Source: an uncultured Nitrososphaerota archaeon
GTDB lineage: Archaea; Thermoproteota; Nitrososphaeria; Nitrososphaerales; CADDZS01
Assembly: GCA_963799845.1 (NCBI GenBank)
Contig: CAWCYI010000008.1
Coordinates: forward strand, 23,490-87,489
DNA: 64,000 nucleotides
Direction: 5' to 3'
A model generated the notes under the pieces. The model worked only from the letters and a program-made list of their open reading frames with translations, was not told where the DNA came from and made no database searches. A program made the translations under genes and the position numbers. This document shows positions 18,972-28,202 of this stretch, piece after piece. Each line of letters opens with the position of its first letter. Position 1 is the stretch's first letter.

Positions 18972-20530
18972 TGGAAAAAATTGCAGGAATTCTGGAGAAT
19001 CTTGCAGAGCCGGATGAAAAGCAGTTCTGGCGAGTAAAGCTCGATGCGTGCCGTGAATTTTCGCTGGATTATGTCCCGAAGAATTCCGAAGTCTTGGCTT
19101 ATCTTAATCCTGAAGCGAGGAAGCGCCTTGAGCCGTACCTTCGTCGGAAAACTATCAGAACCGTTTCAGGAATAGCTGTGGTAACGGCAATCACCAAGCC
19201 GTTTGATTGCCCACACGGAACTTGTATTTTTTGCCCCGGAGGAGTCCGATTTGGGACTCCGCAGAGCTACACGAAAAATTCTCCCGCGGCGGCCTACGGG
19301 ATCGCGCGAGAATTTGATCCGCGACGACAAGTGCGCGATACGATCAAGTTTCTAGAGGAAAACGGCCACGATACCAGCAAAGTCGAGTTGATTCTTCTTG
19401 GTGGGACAATACTAGCGATGCCTAAAGAATACCAGGAAAGCTTCGTCAAGGGTTGCTACGATGCTCTAAATTCGATTGATGGGAACTCGCTTCAGGAATC
19501 GTTGAAGCAAAACGAATCGTCTAGTCACCGCTGTGTTGGATTGACTATTGAAACAAAACCGGACTGGTGCCGCCAGGAGCACGTTGACTTGCTTCTGTCG
19601 TACGGGACGACCCGAGTTGAAATCGGAGTGCAATCCCTCCAGGAAAAGGTACTTGAATATACTAACCGCGGTCATTCTCTCGCAGACACGGTGAGTTCCT
19701 TCCAAGTATCGAAGGACGCAGCCCTAAAAGTTGTCGCACACATGATGCCGGGTCTGCCGCTATCAAACCCTGAAAAGGATCTTCGGGATTTGAATTCGCT
19801 TTTCGAAGACGAAAACCTCAGGCCAGATATGCTGAAGATTTATCCGACCCTCGTTGTCGAGGGAACATCACTCTATCAACAGTACAAGATGGGGCGCTAT
19901 ACTTCATACAGCTTGGACGACTTGAAGGAAATCCTATGTCGATTCAAGGCGAGTGTCCCCCCGTGGGTCAGAATTATGAGAATCCAGCGCGAAATTCCAA
20001 GGGATGAAATCGCTCAGGGAGAAAAGGCCGGTAACTTGCGTCAGATCATTCTGGAGGAGATGTCTAGAAGAAAGCTCGAATGCCGATGCATCAGGTGTAG
20101 GGAAGCCGGACACCGCTCGACGCTCTATGGGGGAAACCTCGAATTAAGGAGGATTGATTATCCCGCTTCTGGAGGCGAGGAGATTTTCCTTTCCTTCGAA
20201 GAAGGAAGGACTCTGCATGGATTTCTAAGGCTCCGAATTCCTTCGGGTACGGAGCACAGGCCTGAGATAAGGGACCAAAGAACTTCACTCGTCCGAGAGT
20301 TGCATGTTTACGGACCCGTCGTGCCCATCGGAGAATCAAATCCCGATCTCAATCAATCGCAACATCGCGGACTAGGGACTAAGCTCTTGCTGGAAGCCGA
20401 GAGAATTTCCATGGAATACTCTCGTTCGAAGGTACTCGTGATATCCGCGATCGGAACCAAGGAGTATTACAGGAACCGAGGCTATCGGGACGACGGAGCC
20501 TACGTTTCGAAGAGTCTCCTCACGCATTGA
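18929..20530 (+). CDS. elp3: Elongator Elp3 tRNA U34 modification radical SAM/GNAT enzyme
   Basis: RTVSGIAVV, CPHGTCIFCPGG, ETKPD, KIYPTLV, VRELHVYG, QHRGLG. Confidence 0.95.
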   Translation: MHEIESRSSSRQLALEKIAGILENLAEPDEKQFWRVKLDACREFSLDYVPKNSEVLAYLNPEARKRLEPYLRRKTIRTVSGIAVVTAITKPFDCPHGTCIFCPGGVRFGTPQSYTKNSPAAAYGIAREFDPRRQVRDTIKFLEENGHDTSKVELILLGGTILAMPKEYQESFVKGCYDALNSIDGNSLQESLKQNESSSHRCVGLTIETKPDWCRQEHVDLLLSYGTTRVEIGVQSLQEKVLEYTNRGHSLADTVSSFQVSKDAALKVVAHMMPGLPLSNPEKDLRDLNSLFEDENLRPDMLKIYPTLVVEGTSLYQQYKMGRYTSYSLDDLKEILCRFKASVPPWVRIMRIQREIPRDEIAQGEKAGNLRQIILEEMSRRKLECRCIRCREAGHRSTLYGGNLELRRIDYPASGGEEIFLSFEEGRTLHGFLRLRIPSGTEHRPEIRDQRTSLVRELHVYGPVVPIGESNPDLNQSQHRGLGTKLLLEAERISMEYSRSKVLVISAIGTKEYYRNRGYRDDGAYVSKSLLTH

Positions 20531-21320
20531 TTTCTCGCGCGGAGGAGGATTTTTCTCTCACCTGGGCGATGTTTGCAATCTTCTCAACAAACTCTTCGAT
20601 ATCTGACTGGGCAACGGGCGATTGACCTCCAAAGAACCTCAGCTTACATTTGCCGCTCACCGTTACCAACAATGGATATGCGCTAGCCTCGTCGTTGCGA
20701 GTCTGGAATCTTGCCCGAAATGATTTGATCTCTCCCGATGCGAGGAGCTCTCTGTAAGTTTTGGAGTTTGCCGGATCAGTCCCTGCAAGCGTTGCCTCAC
20801 TGAAGAAAGGGTTTCCGAGTCCCGAAAGTGAGACTGACGAGACCTCAATTGCCTCAGCCATCAGGCTCTTCATTGCGTCCTTCGCAAGATACAGTTCCTG
20901 GAAAGAGTCCTCGCCGAACTCCTCTTTCAACGAGGCCAACAGCCCGGTGCGCTGTTTAGCACTGAATGAATAGAGCTCAAGAATCGGCTCCTTATTTTTC
21001 ATGTGAAATTCGCAGATTTCCGGCTCCGTTGACTCTTCTTCGACCTTCACCACTCTTCCCGCTTGTAATTTAAGCCTGGAATGCTGCACCCGGCGGAAGG
21101 ATAGTGCAAGGCAAAGATTCTCCTCCTTCGTCCTCGACCTCGAAATGATTCCCCATCTTTCCTCCTCGTTCTGGAACAGGTTTTTCTGCATCCATGAGCT
21201 GACTTCGGAATCCGTGGTACCTTCGAACTTTAGAACCTCGACGGAAGCACCAAGCTCCCTAACGCCATAAGGGAAGGGGATTCCCTGCAACTCGATGGAT
21301 GAATTTTGCACTTTGGACAT
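20520..21320 (-). CDS. Hypothetical soluble protein
   Basis: 266-aa ORF with natural composition; no motif recognised. Confidence 0.65.
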   Translation of the reverse strand: MSKVQNSSIELQGIPFPYGVRELGASVEVLKFEGTTDSEVSSWMQKNLFQNEEERWGIISRSRTKEENLCLALSFRRVQHSRLKLQAGRVVKVEEESTEPEICEFHMKNKEPILELYSFSAKQRTGLLASLKEEFGEDSFQELYLAKDAMKSLMAEAIEVSSVSLSGLGNPFFSEATLAGTDPANSKTYRELLASGEIKSFRARFQTRNDEASAYPLLVTVSGKCKLRFFGGQSPVAQSDIEEFVEKIANIAQVREKSSSAREINA

Positions 21321-21359
21321 TCTAATTTTCTCAGCTTGATCGTCGGTAATTTAGAGTGT

Positions 21360-22295
21360 TTATCCGCTCGCGATTTCCGTCTCAAGCTCTCGCACCAGCG
21401 AAGCATTACCTACATAAAATGGGCTGGTCTGCGTCAGTTTCTTCGGAGAAATGTCAAGGATGGAAGATTTGCCGTCGCTAGATTTTCCACCGGCGAGCTC
21501 GTTCAGGAAACTCACAGGAGCAGTCTCGTAACAAACTCGGAGCTTGCCCTCCGGATTGCCTCTGCGCGCAGGGTGCAAAAAAATTCCTCCTCGCTGAATT
21601 ATCTGGTTGTAATCGCCGATGAATGTACCGCAAAACCTGAGCCTCATATCGCGTGCCTCCAAGCTTCGAATGAACCGATCGACGGCTGGAATCCATTCAG
21701 ATCTGGTTCCGGCGACGCTGTAAACTTCGGCTTTTTGGGGCAGCTTCATATCTTTGTGTGAAAGGGCAAACCTTCCTGCATTTTCACCCTCGCGCAATTC
21801 GACGTACTGATCCACCCTCCCACTGCAGGAAAATGTTATTGTCAATGTGGGACCGTAAGTTATGAATGCAGACGCCACAAGGTCTCTGCCTTTTTTCGGC
21901 AGCTCCCCTCGCCAAATGCCAAAAATACTTCCGAGGGGATTGTTGGTAGTGATATTCGACGATCCGTCAAGCGGATCCATCGCGACAGAAATGGAATCGC
22001 TTCCCTGACTATACCCACCAAGTGGGGTCTCCAGCTCTTCGGATGCAACCCATCCGACCCGGCCTGTATCAAGGAGTGCTTTCGAAAATGATTCGTTTGC
22101 GAAAAGATCTAGCTCGGACTGTCTTTCTCCGAAAGGATTGAAATTCTTCGTTGTCCCCACCTGAAATGGCAGCTGTCTAGACACTATCTGAGCCGTGTTG
22201 GCAATGGCTCCGTAGACCTTAGAGACATCGTTCTCGACATCAGATAGACCCTGCTCGAGAAAAGTGGCCGAATTTTCGACTCTCCCCGAAGACAT
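21360..22295 (-). CDS. fbp: Class 1 fructose-1,6-bisphosphatase
   Basis: NPFGERQSELD, ASEE, DPLDGSSN, GKLRVCYE. Confidence 0.92.
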   Translation of the reverse strand: MSSGRVENSATFLEQGLSDVENDVSKVYGAIANTAQIVSRQLPFQVGTTKNFNPFGERQSELDLFANESFSKALLDTGRVGWVASEELETPLGGYSQGSDSISVAMDPLDGSSNITTNNPLGSIFGIWRGELPKKGRDLVASAFITYGPTLTITFSCSGRVDQYVELREGENAGRFALSHKDMKLPQKAEVYSVAGTRSEWIPAVDRFIRSLEARDMRLRFCGTFIGDYNQIIQRGGIFLHPARRGNPEGKLRVCYETAPVSFLNELAGGKSSDGKSSILDISPKKLTQTSPFYVGNASLVRELETEIASG

Positions 22296-22407
22296 GCCGG
22301 CTAATTTGATCGCTTCCGTTTAGCTCTGAGAGCTTGTTTTGTGTTTTATCATTTGAGCCGGACTTTCCGAAGACTGATCTCACGGTTAAATAACCTGCAG
22401 GTAATTC

Positions 22408-23208
22408 ATGGTAATCACAATGCCGCACTCCAGATATCCATCAATGGACGCTTTTCTTCGTGACGGAAAGAGTATGCTTTTGGCCTACGATCAGGGTTTT
22501 GAACACGGTCCTTCACTTGATTTCAACGATAAGAATGTTGACCCTTCATACATCATGGAGATCGCCTCGAAGGGCGGTTTCAACGGGATTGTTTTCCAGA
22601 AGGGCCTGGCGGAAAAATACTATGACGGAAAGGTCCCGCTCATTGTAAAGACGAATGGAAAAGCGGGACTGGCAAAGGGAGAACCAATTTCGAAACAGAA
22701 TTGCTCCGTCGAATATGCAATCTCGCTTGGAGCGAAAGCGGTCGGTTACACGATCTACCTTGGAAGTCAATATGATGGAGAGATGTTTCAGGAATTCGGA
22801 CATTTGCAGGAGGAGGCGCATGAACATGGGATTCCAGCAATTGCATGGGTTTATCCAAGAGGGCAATCCGTGACCAACGACACCACAAAGGAAATTGTTT
22901 CCTACGCTGCGAGAGTGGGACTGGAGCTGGGAGCAGACGCCGTGAAGATCAGGTACACTGGAGACCCTCAGACTTTCTCCTGGGCCGTCAAATCTGCCGG
23001 AAAGGCTCTCGTTTACATGTCGGGCGGTCCCAAGGCGCCTACAGATCAAGATTTCTTGAACCAAGTTCGCGGCGTAATGCAATCTGGAGCAGCTGGGCTC
23101 GCAGTGGGAAGAAATGTCTGGCAGAACGATGATCCGATAAGGATGGCCGGCTACCTTCGGCAGATAATCTTCGAGAAGAAGGCCGTAGAATCGGTAATCA
23201 ATGTTTAG
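22408..23208 (+). CDS. fba: Class I (DhnA-type) fructose-bisphosphate aldolase
   Basis: AYDQGFEHGP, AWVYPRG, AARVGLELGADAVK, GLAVGRNVWQ. Confidence 0.92.
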   Translation: MVITMPHSRYPSMDAFLRDGKSMLLAYDQGFEHGPSLDFNDKNVDPSYIMEIASKGGFNGIVFQKGLAEKYYDGKVPLIVKTNGKAGLAKGEPISKQNCSVEYAISLGAKAVGYTIYLGSQYDGEMFQEFGHLQEEAHEHGIPAIAWVYPRGQSVTNDTTKEIVSYAARVGLELGADAVKIRYTGDPQTFSWAVKSAGKALVYMSGGPKAPTDQDFLNQVRGVMQSGAAGLAVGRNVWQNDDPIRMAGYLRQIIFEKKAVESVINV

Positions 23209-23353
23209 TTTGTGCAACTACTTCGATAAGTTGGTCGAATAGAATTCTCTCTCACGTGTCCCGTCGGTCTGTATTTGGTGTCCGCTGTGCTAAAATCATT
23301 TGAGGTAGAATATGGGGATACTATTTAATCGCGAAAAAGAAGTGGGCTAGTCG

Positions 23354-23593
23354 TTGAGCACGACGAGCAAACTGAACATGTACATCGCGATTGCATTGAT
23401 CGCGGGTATCATTGCAGTTTTGGCGGTCGCATTCTATTATGAAACTCAATTAGACAACGGTCAAGTAAATGCGAACGCAATACCTGTCGCGACTGTCTTC
23501 GTGACGGCCGTTGTTACCGTGACAGCGATTGCGTCTACGTCCACTTGTCCAAACAACCAAACGATGCTGTCAAATCAGACTGGGCCCTGTTGA
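23354..23593 (+). CDS. Small membrane-tethered Thr-rich peptide with C-terminal Cys pair
   Basis: N-terminal TM; ...STSTCPNNQTMLSNQTGPC*. Confidence 0.55.
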   Translation: MSTTSKLNMYIAIALIAGIIAVLAVAFYYETQLDNGQVNANAIPVATVFVTAVVTVTAIASTSTCPNNQTMLSNQTGPC

Positions 23594-23674
23594 CCTGATT
23601 TGGGCTAACGGCAGGATCCCGTAAGGAGGTCTTTGAATTTATAGGACTGTTTAGGATTCTTCAAAGACTATCTC

Positions 23675-23806
23675 GTAACAAGAGTAACAGCGCAAAAATT
23701 AATATCATAATACTGGATCTCGCCGCCAAAATTCCTCGGCAAAACATCAGTGGTCCAGGATCGGAATCTTTAAGGCCTCGAACGTTACTTATCCGTTACT
23801 GTTAAT
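23675..23806. promoter_or_regulatory. GTAAC/GTTAC repeat boxes upstream of the AbrB-like gene
   Basis: GTAAC at 23675 and 23684; GTTAC at 23784 and 23795; TATA-like CTTTAAGG at ~23768. Confidence 0.35.
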
Positions 23807-23807
23807 C

Positions 23808-24068
23808 GTGTCGCAAGTATCTGAAACTGAACGGATGAGCAACGAAAAAGGAACTGTTACGTATCGTTTCAATCACGCAGAGCAAAAAGAGCCACTTAGG
23901 AAGGTGACTTTGACCGTTCCCCTGCTTCAAATAATGCAGGAGTCCCGCAAGAATAAAGGGAAGATGATTACTCGCGGCTTCTATCTGAATATCCCAAAGT
24001 CAACGGTTCAGTCTATGGACCTAAAAGAGCATGATCAAGTTGAAGTTATTTTGAAGAAAGCGAAATAA
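23808..24068 (+). CDS. AbrB/SpoVT-like DNA-binding protein
   Basis: GFYLNIPKSTVQSMDLKEHDQVEVIL fits the AbrB 'IPK.....L..GD.V.V' pattern. Confidence 0.6.
   Translation: MSQVSETERMSNEKGTVTYRFNHAEQKEPLRKVTLTVPLLQIMQESRKNKGKMITRGFYLNIPKSTVQSMDLKEHDQVEVILKKAK
23982..24060 (+). repeat. Direct repeat copy 1 (3' end of the AbrB-like gene)
   Basis: 79 bp, 12 mismatches to 24786-24864, no indels. Confidence 0.9.
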
Positions 24069-24077
24069 CTACCTAGA

Positions 24078-24369
24078 TTATCGCAAAGATGTATACAAAT
24101 CCTTTATCGCAGACTTGAGCTCTTGACGGGTCAAGTTTCCCTTCGTGTGTTCGGCTCTCAGAAGATTTTCAATCTCTTTTCTTGTCTTTGACCTGTTCCA
24201 AAGGTCGTTTAGCCAACTGTCGATTTTCTTACTTATGGATAGTCCAATTCTCATTCCCACTATTCCTTTTGATGAAGCTTTGGTAAGCTCATCCTTGGGA
24301 TCTAGTCTGATTTTAGCTTATTGTCGGAATCCACTTGGCCGAGAGGGATTTTCTTTTAGCATAGCCATT
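24078..24369 (-). pseudogene. Short hypothetical gene with an in-frame TAA
   Basis: MAMLKENPSRPSGFRQ*AKIRLDPK... continues in frame into ORF 24078-24260. Confidence 0.35.
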
Positions 24370-24433
24370 CTGGCCTCGGCTCCCCGGAGATTGCAAAAGG
24401 TATAATTCATTCCGATTGTTTGTCATAAGGTTC

Positions 24434-24773
24434 ATGGCAAATGATGTAAAAAGCGAAAAACGTTCGAAGATAGACAAGGATAGTCTAGATATTCAAGCTG
24501 AGGGCTAGCACAAGCTCTTGAAAATTATGCTGATCTTCCTAAAAACGATACAAGTGGACAGCGTCTAGAGAGAGCTTATGCAAAGCTAAATGAGCTGAAA
24601 TCCTATTTTGAATCTGTGAAGCATCCGGCTACAGCGAATTCCAGAAATATTAAACTGTCGAAAGATAGAGAGATAGCTTTCTCAAAAGCTATAAGCCAAG
24701 CTGAAAAAACTCTCAATGATAAAGATCTGAAACTAATCAGATTCTCGATTACCGAATTGCGCAAACTTTCATA
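24434..24773 (+). pseudogene. Short helical hypothetical gene with one frameshift near 24503
   Basis: MANDVKSEKRSK... then, in another frame, LAQALENYADLP...ELRKLS*. Confidence 0.45.
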
Positions 24774-24785
24774 GAGGTTGCATAT

Positions 24786-24864
24786 TATCTGAACATCCCA
24801 AAGTCAACGGTTCAATCTGTGGACCTGAAAGAACATGATCAGATCGAGGTTATCCTAAAGAAAG
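24786..24864 (+). repeat. Direct repeat copy 2 (orphan 3' end of an AbrB-like homolog)
   Basis: Encodes YLNIPKSTVQSVDLKEHDQIEVILKK with no matching 5' half. Confidence 0.9.
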
Positions 24865-24908
24865 AGCGCGATAGTTTAGGATAATTTATAGCCTACGACA
24901 ATGAGACA

Positions 24909-25184
24909 CTAACGGGTTAGTTTTGGAATTTCATTCCGTTTGAGATCTCGCGCCGTTCCTTCCGACTCTTTCACTGTCGAAGGGAAGCCAAGGCGTTTTC
25001 GTTCATCGATAAACCTTCTTATGGCATCATTCACAATTTCTGCCCTACTTCTATATCCCATTTCAGAGGCAAACTCGTCCAGCTTTGTGGCGAGCTCTTG
25101 CGGAATTTTTACAGTTGCATACTTGGCTCTCATTTTACGAATTTCACCATGTTGTTTCTCTAAGGATTGTTCTTTGCAAATCAA
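24909..25184 (-). CDS. Ribbon-helix-helix (CopG/NikR-like) regulator (start probably ~25133)
   Basis: YATVKIPQELATKLD...GYRSRAEIVNDAIRRFI. Confidence 0.8.
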   Translation of the reverse strand: MICKEQSLEKQHGEIRKMRAKYATVKIPQELATKLDEFASEMGYRSRAEIVNDAIRRFIDERKRLGFPSTVKESEGTARDLKRNEIPKLTR

Positions 25185-25226
25185 AAGAAGTGGGTGGGGA
25201 TATTATCCCCAGATAATTGCGAAACC

Positions 25227-25799
25227 TTACTTCATCCTGCTTCTGAGTATGAATCCGAGTCCTCCGAGGATTGCACCGACTGCTGCCAGAAGGACGAATC
25301 CGCCAATTGGGTTGACTAGCTGACCGAGATAGTTCACGTGGATTTGTAGAGCTGTGTAGCCGAGGCCTCCCTCGGCAACTGGAGCTGCGGCATAACCTGC
25401 CATATAACCACCCCAGATCATGAGGAGCATAGAACCAGCCACACCCACATTCATGAATATGTAGTGCCCCCAGGCGAGGTAGTTCGTCAGACCATGGTAC
25501 ACCTTGCCGTTGACTCCTTCGATGAAGAAGTAGAACATTGCAGTGACTGCGACCGCGATCACCCCTACCGTGAGATAGAGAATGTAGCCGGTGAACAGCC
25601 ATGTTCCTCCTCCGCCTCCGGCGATTACTTTAGACGGGCTGTAGTACGAACTGATGTTGAAGAAGCTCTGTGGCTCCACGATGAGGACCGTGATGATGGT
25701 TAGGATCAGGCCCTGCAGCACGGCTGCCCAGATGAATCTAGTTGACCATTTGCTAGCGGTTATCGGTGTTTGTCTTACCGTTTGTTGAGGCATTGCCAT
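25227..25799 (-). CDS. Four-TM membrane protein, loosely like C-terminal helices of heme-copper oxidase subunit I
   Basis: Hydrophobic helices; LAWGHYIFMNVG and QIH His positions. Confidence 0.65.
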   Translation of the reverse strand: MAMPQQTVRQTPITASKWSTRFIWAAVLQGLILTIITVLIVEPQSFFNISSYYSPSKVIAGGGGGTWLFTGYILYLTVGVIAVAVTAMFYFFIEGVNGKVYHGLTNYLAWGHYIFMNVGVAGSMLLMIWGGYMAGYAAAPVAEGGLGYTALQIHVNYLGQLVNPIGGFVLLAAVGAILGGLGFILRSRMK

Positions 25800-25882
25800 T
25801 TACTTTTCACGTGTGAGTCATTTCTAGGGCATAGGTACTTAAGACGGGGATACGATCATCAAAACTGATACCAAGTCCTCAA

Positions 25883-25904
25883 AATCCCGAATGTATGCGG
25901 GATT
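25883..25904. terminator. Hairpin AATCCCG/CGGGATT after the virus-like gene run
   Basis: Perfect 7-bp IR with 8-nt loop, ~20 bp past the stop of 25927-26175. Confidence 0.35.
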
Positions 25905-25926
25905 CGGAACGTCTCACATTATAGAT

Positions 25927-26175
25927 TTAAGATTCTTGAAGCTTAGGATATCCCATCTTCTTTAGGAATTCGTTAACCTTCTCGAGATTCGATAACTCGA
26001 AATAGAATTTCGCTCCTGCGGTTCTTGCAGGCATTGAAACTTTGTACAATCCATTATCGAGCATGATTGAGACGTCCGGCGTGTGCTTTCCCGTCTCAAT
26101 TCCCTTACAATTCAAGTGATATAGAACCGGCTTATCCGGGACTTGCATTATTTCCCAAAATTGACTAGGCTGCAT
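25927..26175 (-). CDS. Hypothetical protein (virus/plasmid-like run)
   Basis: Overlaps the upstream ORF; co-oriented run. Confidence 0.6.
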   Translation of the reverse strand: MQPSQFWEIMQVPDKPVLYHLNCKGIETGKHTPDVSIMLDNGLYKVSMPARTAGAKFYFELSNLEKVNEFLKKMGYPKLQES

Positions 26176-26476
26176 TAGCTCTTTGTTCCTTCACGTATTG
26201 CCTATAACTCCGTTCGATCTCCCTCTCTTCTCTAGCTTCGTCCCGGGCCTTTCGTCTAATCTCTGCAATATCGTCACGGCTTGCATAGATATCATTCGCT
26301 TTGAGCTCGCTGTCTAGATCGCTCCAACTATCGACGGCTTGAGCAGTATCAATCTTATCGAATTGATCATCGAAGCTCGTAGCACTTCCGCCGATCGCCT
26401 CGTATGCACTCTTGCGGCTTCTGTAATAATTATCAAAAGCGCCTAACGATAAGGCCTTCGGGTGTTGACCGTTCAT
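26165..26476 (-). CDS. Hypothetical protein with charged C-terminus (virus/plasmid-like run)
   Basis: ATG with purine-rich upstream; natural composition. Confidence 0.6.
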   Translation of the reverse strand: MNGQHPKALSLGAFDNYYRSRKSAYEAIGGSATSFDDQFDKIDTAQAVDSWSDLDSELKANDIYASRDDIAEIRRKARDEAREEREIERSYRQYVKEQRANAA

Positions 26477-26500
26477 CTTTTTCCTTTCAAATTCGTTATG

Positions 26501-26713
26501 TCACTCGTGGTATTTCGAGCGGGCAACGGGAGATATCGGTCTAGGGCCGTGTTTGTTGGATTGTTTGTAAGTTCTCGGAGCATATTCCCGCTTGTGCATA
26601 TGCACGCCGGATTGAGTTATCGGGTGAACTATTCCATTTTCCCGATAAAATCCGATCGCCGGGCTAGGTCGTCTATATCCTTTATCATCTACGAAATAGC
26701 GCCGGCGAGCCAA
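26501..26713 (-). CDS. Small basic protein (virus-like nucleic-acid-binding candidate)
   Basis: Arg/His-rich; YFVDDKGYRRP, GFYRENGIVHPIT and GPRPIS semi-repeats. Confidence 0.55.
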   Translation of the reverse strand: MARRRYFVDDKGYRRPSPAIGFYRENGIVHPITQSGVHMHKREYAPRTYKQSNKHGPRPISPVARSKYHE

Positions 26714-26716
26714 TTC

Positions 26717-26941
26717 TTAGAGCTCTTTAGGAATACTCATGGCCGAGATTACAGAATTCCATATGGAAGGCTCGATATAGTTTTGAAGTATAGCTCTCCT
26801 TAATTCTGAAGATATAACTAGCTGCTCATTTCTTGAAAGAAGGTTGAACGCTTCTATTGAGTGCTTGATTATCTGATCCGGATTGCTTGAGAATTGGGCG
26901 ATTACTAGCTCAGTCGCTATTTTCTCTTTTTGAATGTCCAA
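26717..26941 (-). CDS. Hypothetical protein (virus/plasmid-like run)
   Basis: Packed within a few bp of its neighbours on the same strand. Confidence 0.5.
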   Translation of the reverse strand: MDIQKEKIATELVIAQFSSNPDQIIKHSIEAFNLLSRNEQLVISSELRRAILQNYIEPSIWNSVISAMSIPKEL

Positions 26942-26947
26942 TTCTAT

Positions 26948-27375
26948 CTAGCTCGGATAATCTCTCTTGAACCATTCAAGATCCGAGTGTGCTGCCCTAT
27001 CTACTTCCGGCGCTCGATTCTTGTCCAGGACTTCAAGCGCAACGAGTTTCTTTTCTGTCTCGGCTTTTCCGTTCACTTTACGATTCTCGGATATGGTTGT
27101 GCCTCGTCTCTTCGTCCTGACCGTGTTCCCATCCTTCTAGGCTTCCCGGGTATTTGATATCAATAGGGCCGCTCGGGGGATCGTCCTTTTTCTCATCAAG
27201 CTTTTGCTCATCCTGCTTTAGCTCTTTGACGTCCTCTTTGATTTCCTTCTTATCGTCATTCAGAGCTTCCTTATCCTTCTCGACCTTTTGTTCTAATTCT
27301 TTTTCCGGTGGCTTGTATCTCCGGCGTCCGAATCGCTCGCCGCCAAAAATTCGGTTGCTTTCAGACTTTTGGGTT
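26948..27375 (-). pseudogene. Frameshifted coiled-coil + DUF5771-like protein, not in the ORF track
   Basis: EKELEQKVEKDKEAL... then IKYPGSLEGW...ETRHNHIRES / KVNGKAETEKKLVALEVLDKNRAPEVDRAAHSDLEWFKR*; shift near 27078. Confidence 0.5.
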
Positions 27376-27549
27376 TATGCAGATTTAGAGTTAGCACGGG
27401 ACGGGGAAGACCATATATCTAGATTCCTCCTAGGTCTGAATCCCACCAGTCAGTAGTATTCGTGCCTTCCCAAACAGTATCGGAATTCGCTATACAAAAA
27501 ATGAAAACGGAGAAAATACCTAAAAATGATAAAATAGTTTTCCACAATC

Positions 27550-27768
27550 ATGATTGTTTCTCCACGTCCTTTATGCCCAGAATGTAATGGTTCCTGTCAT
27601 TGTCGCAACTGTAATGGGAGCGGTGTTATTATCCAAGTCATCAACCCACAATATGGGCTTGAACTAGTGCCAAGCATGATTAAGTGTGAATATTGTTATG
27701 GATGGCCGCAAAGCGAGAAAGTAGGGTCAGGCATATGCCGCGAATGTCAGGGAACGGGCTACCAGTAA
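27550..27768 (+). CDS. DnaJ-type zinc-finger-only protein
   Basis: CPECNGS, CRNCNGSG, CEYCYG, CRECQGTG. Confidence 0.7.
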   Translation: MIVSPRPLCPECNGSCHCRNCNGSGVIIQVINPQYGLELVPSMIKCEYCYGWPQSEKVGSGICRECQGTGYQ

Positions 27769-27800
27769 TTCCGTCAGCCATTCACAACAAAGCCTCACTG

Positions 27801-27836
27801 GAAACCCTAGCACTTTCAGGCTTGGGAGGAAGTGAG
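27801..27836 (+). mobile_element. Orphan, degenerate IS200/IS605 (tnpB) right-end-like sequence
   Basis: GAAACCCTAGCACTTTCAGGCTTGGGAGGAAGTGAG resembles the recalled archaeal IS605 end pattern GAAACCC.CGCCCTTTAGGGCGGGGAGGAAGTCAG. Confidence 0.5.
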
Positions 27837-27980
27837 ATACTCCGGAACTCGCTCTAACGGGACGTAAGCATCTTCTGAAACTTCAATCTCCGTAGTTCGA
27901 TGAGACTGAAGTGTATCTTTTGAGCCTTCTTATCCATCAACAGAAATTAATTGAATTCTTAGAGAACAGGTTGAAAGAAA

Positions 27981-28202
27981 TTGAATCGTAAACTAACTGT
28001 CTTTCTGCTTGCTTCCGTGGTCGGCGCCCTGGTCGTTGTGGCGTTTCTAGCTTCCGAACCTGCTGTGCACATTCAAACAAGCAACATTGTCAGCTTGAAC
28101 TGTTCGACCACAACGAGGACCTATTCAATTGGAGGCTATCCCCTATCGGATACCGCGTTTCAAGCCCGGACATATACAACAACTATGACATCCTGCACTT
28201 AG
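27981..28202 (+). CDS. Small membrane-tethered Thr-rich peptide with Cys pair
   Basis: N-terminal TM; LNCSTTT...TTTMTSCT*. Confidence 0.55.
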   Translation: MNRKLTVFLLASVVGALVVVAFLASEPAVHIQTSNIVSLNCSTTTRTYSIGGYPLSDTAFQARTYTTTMTSCT

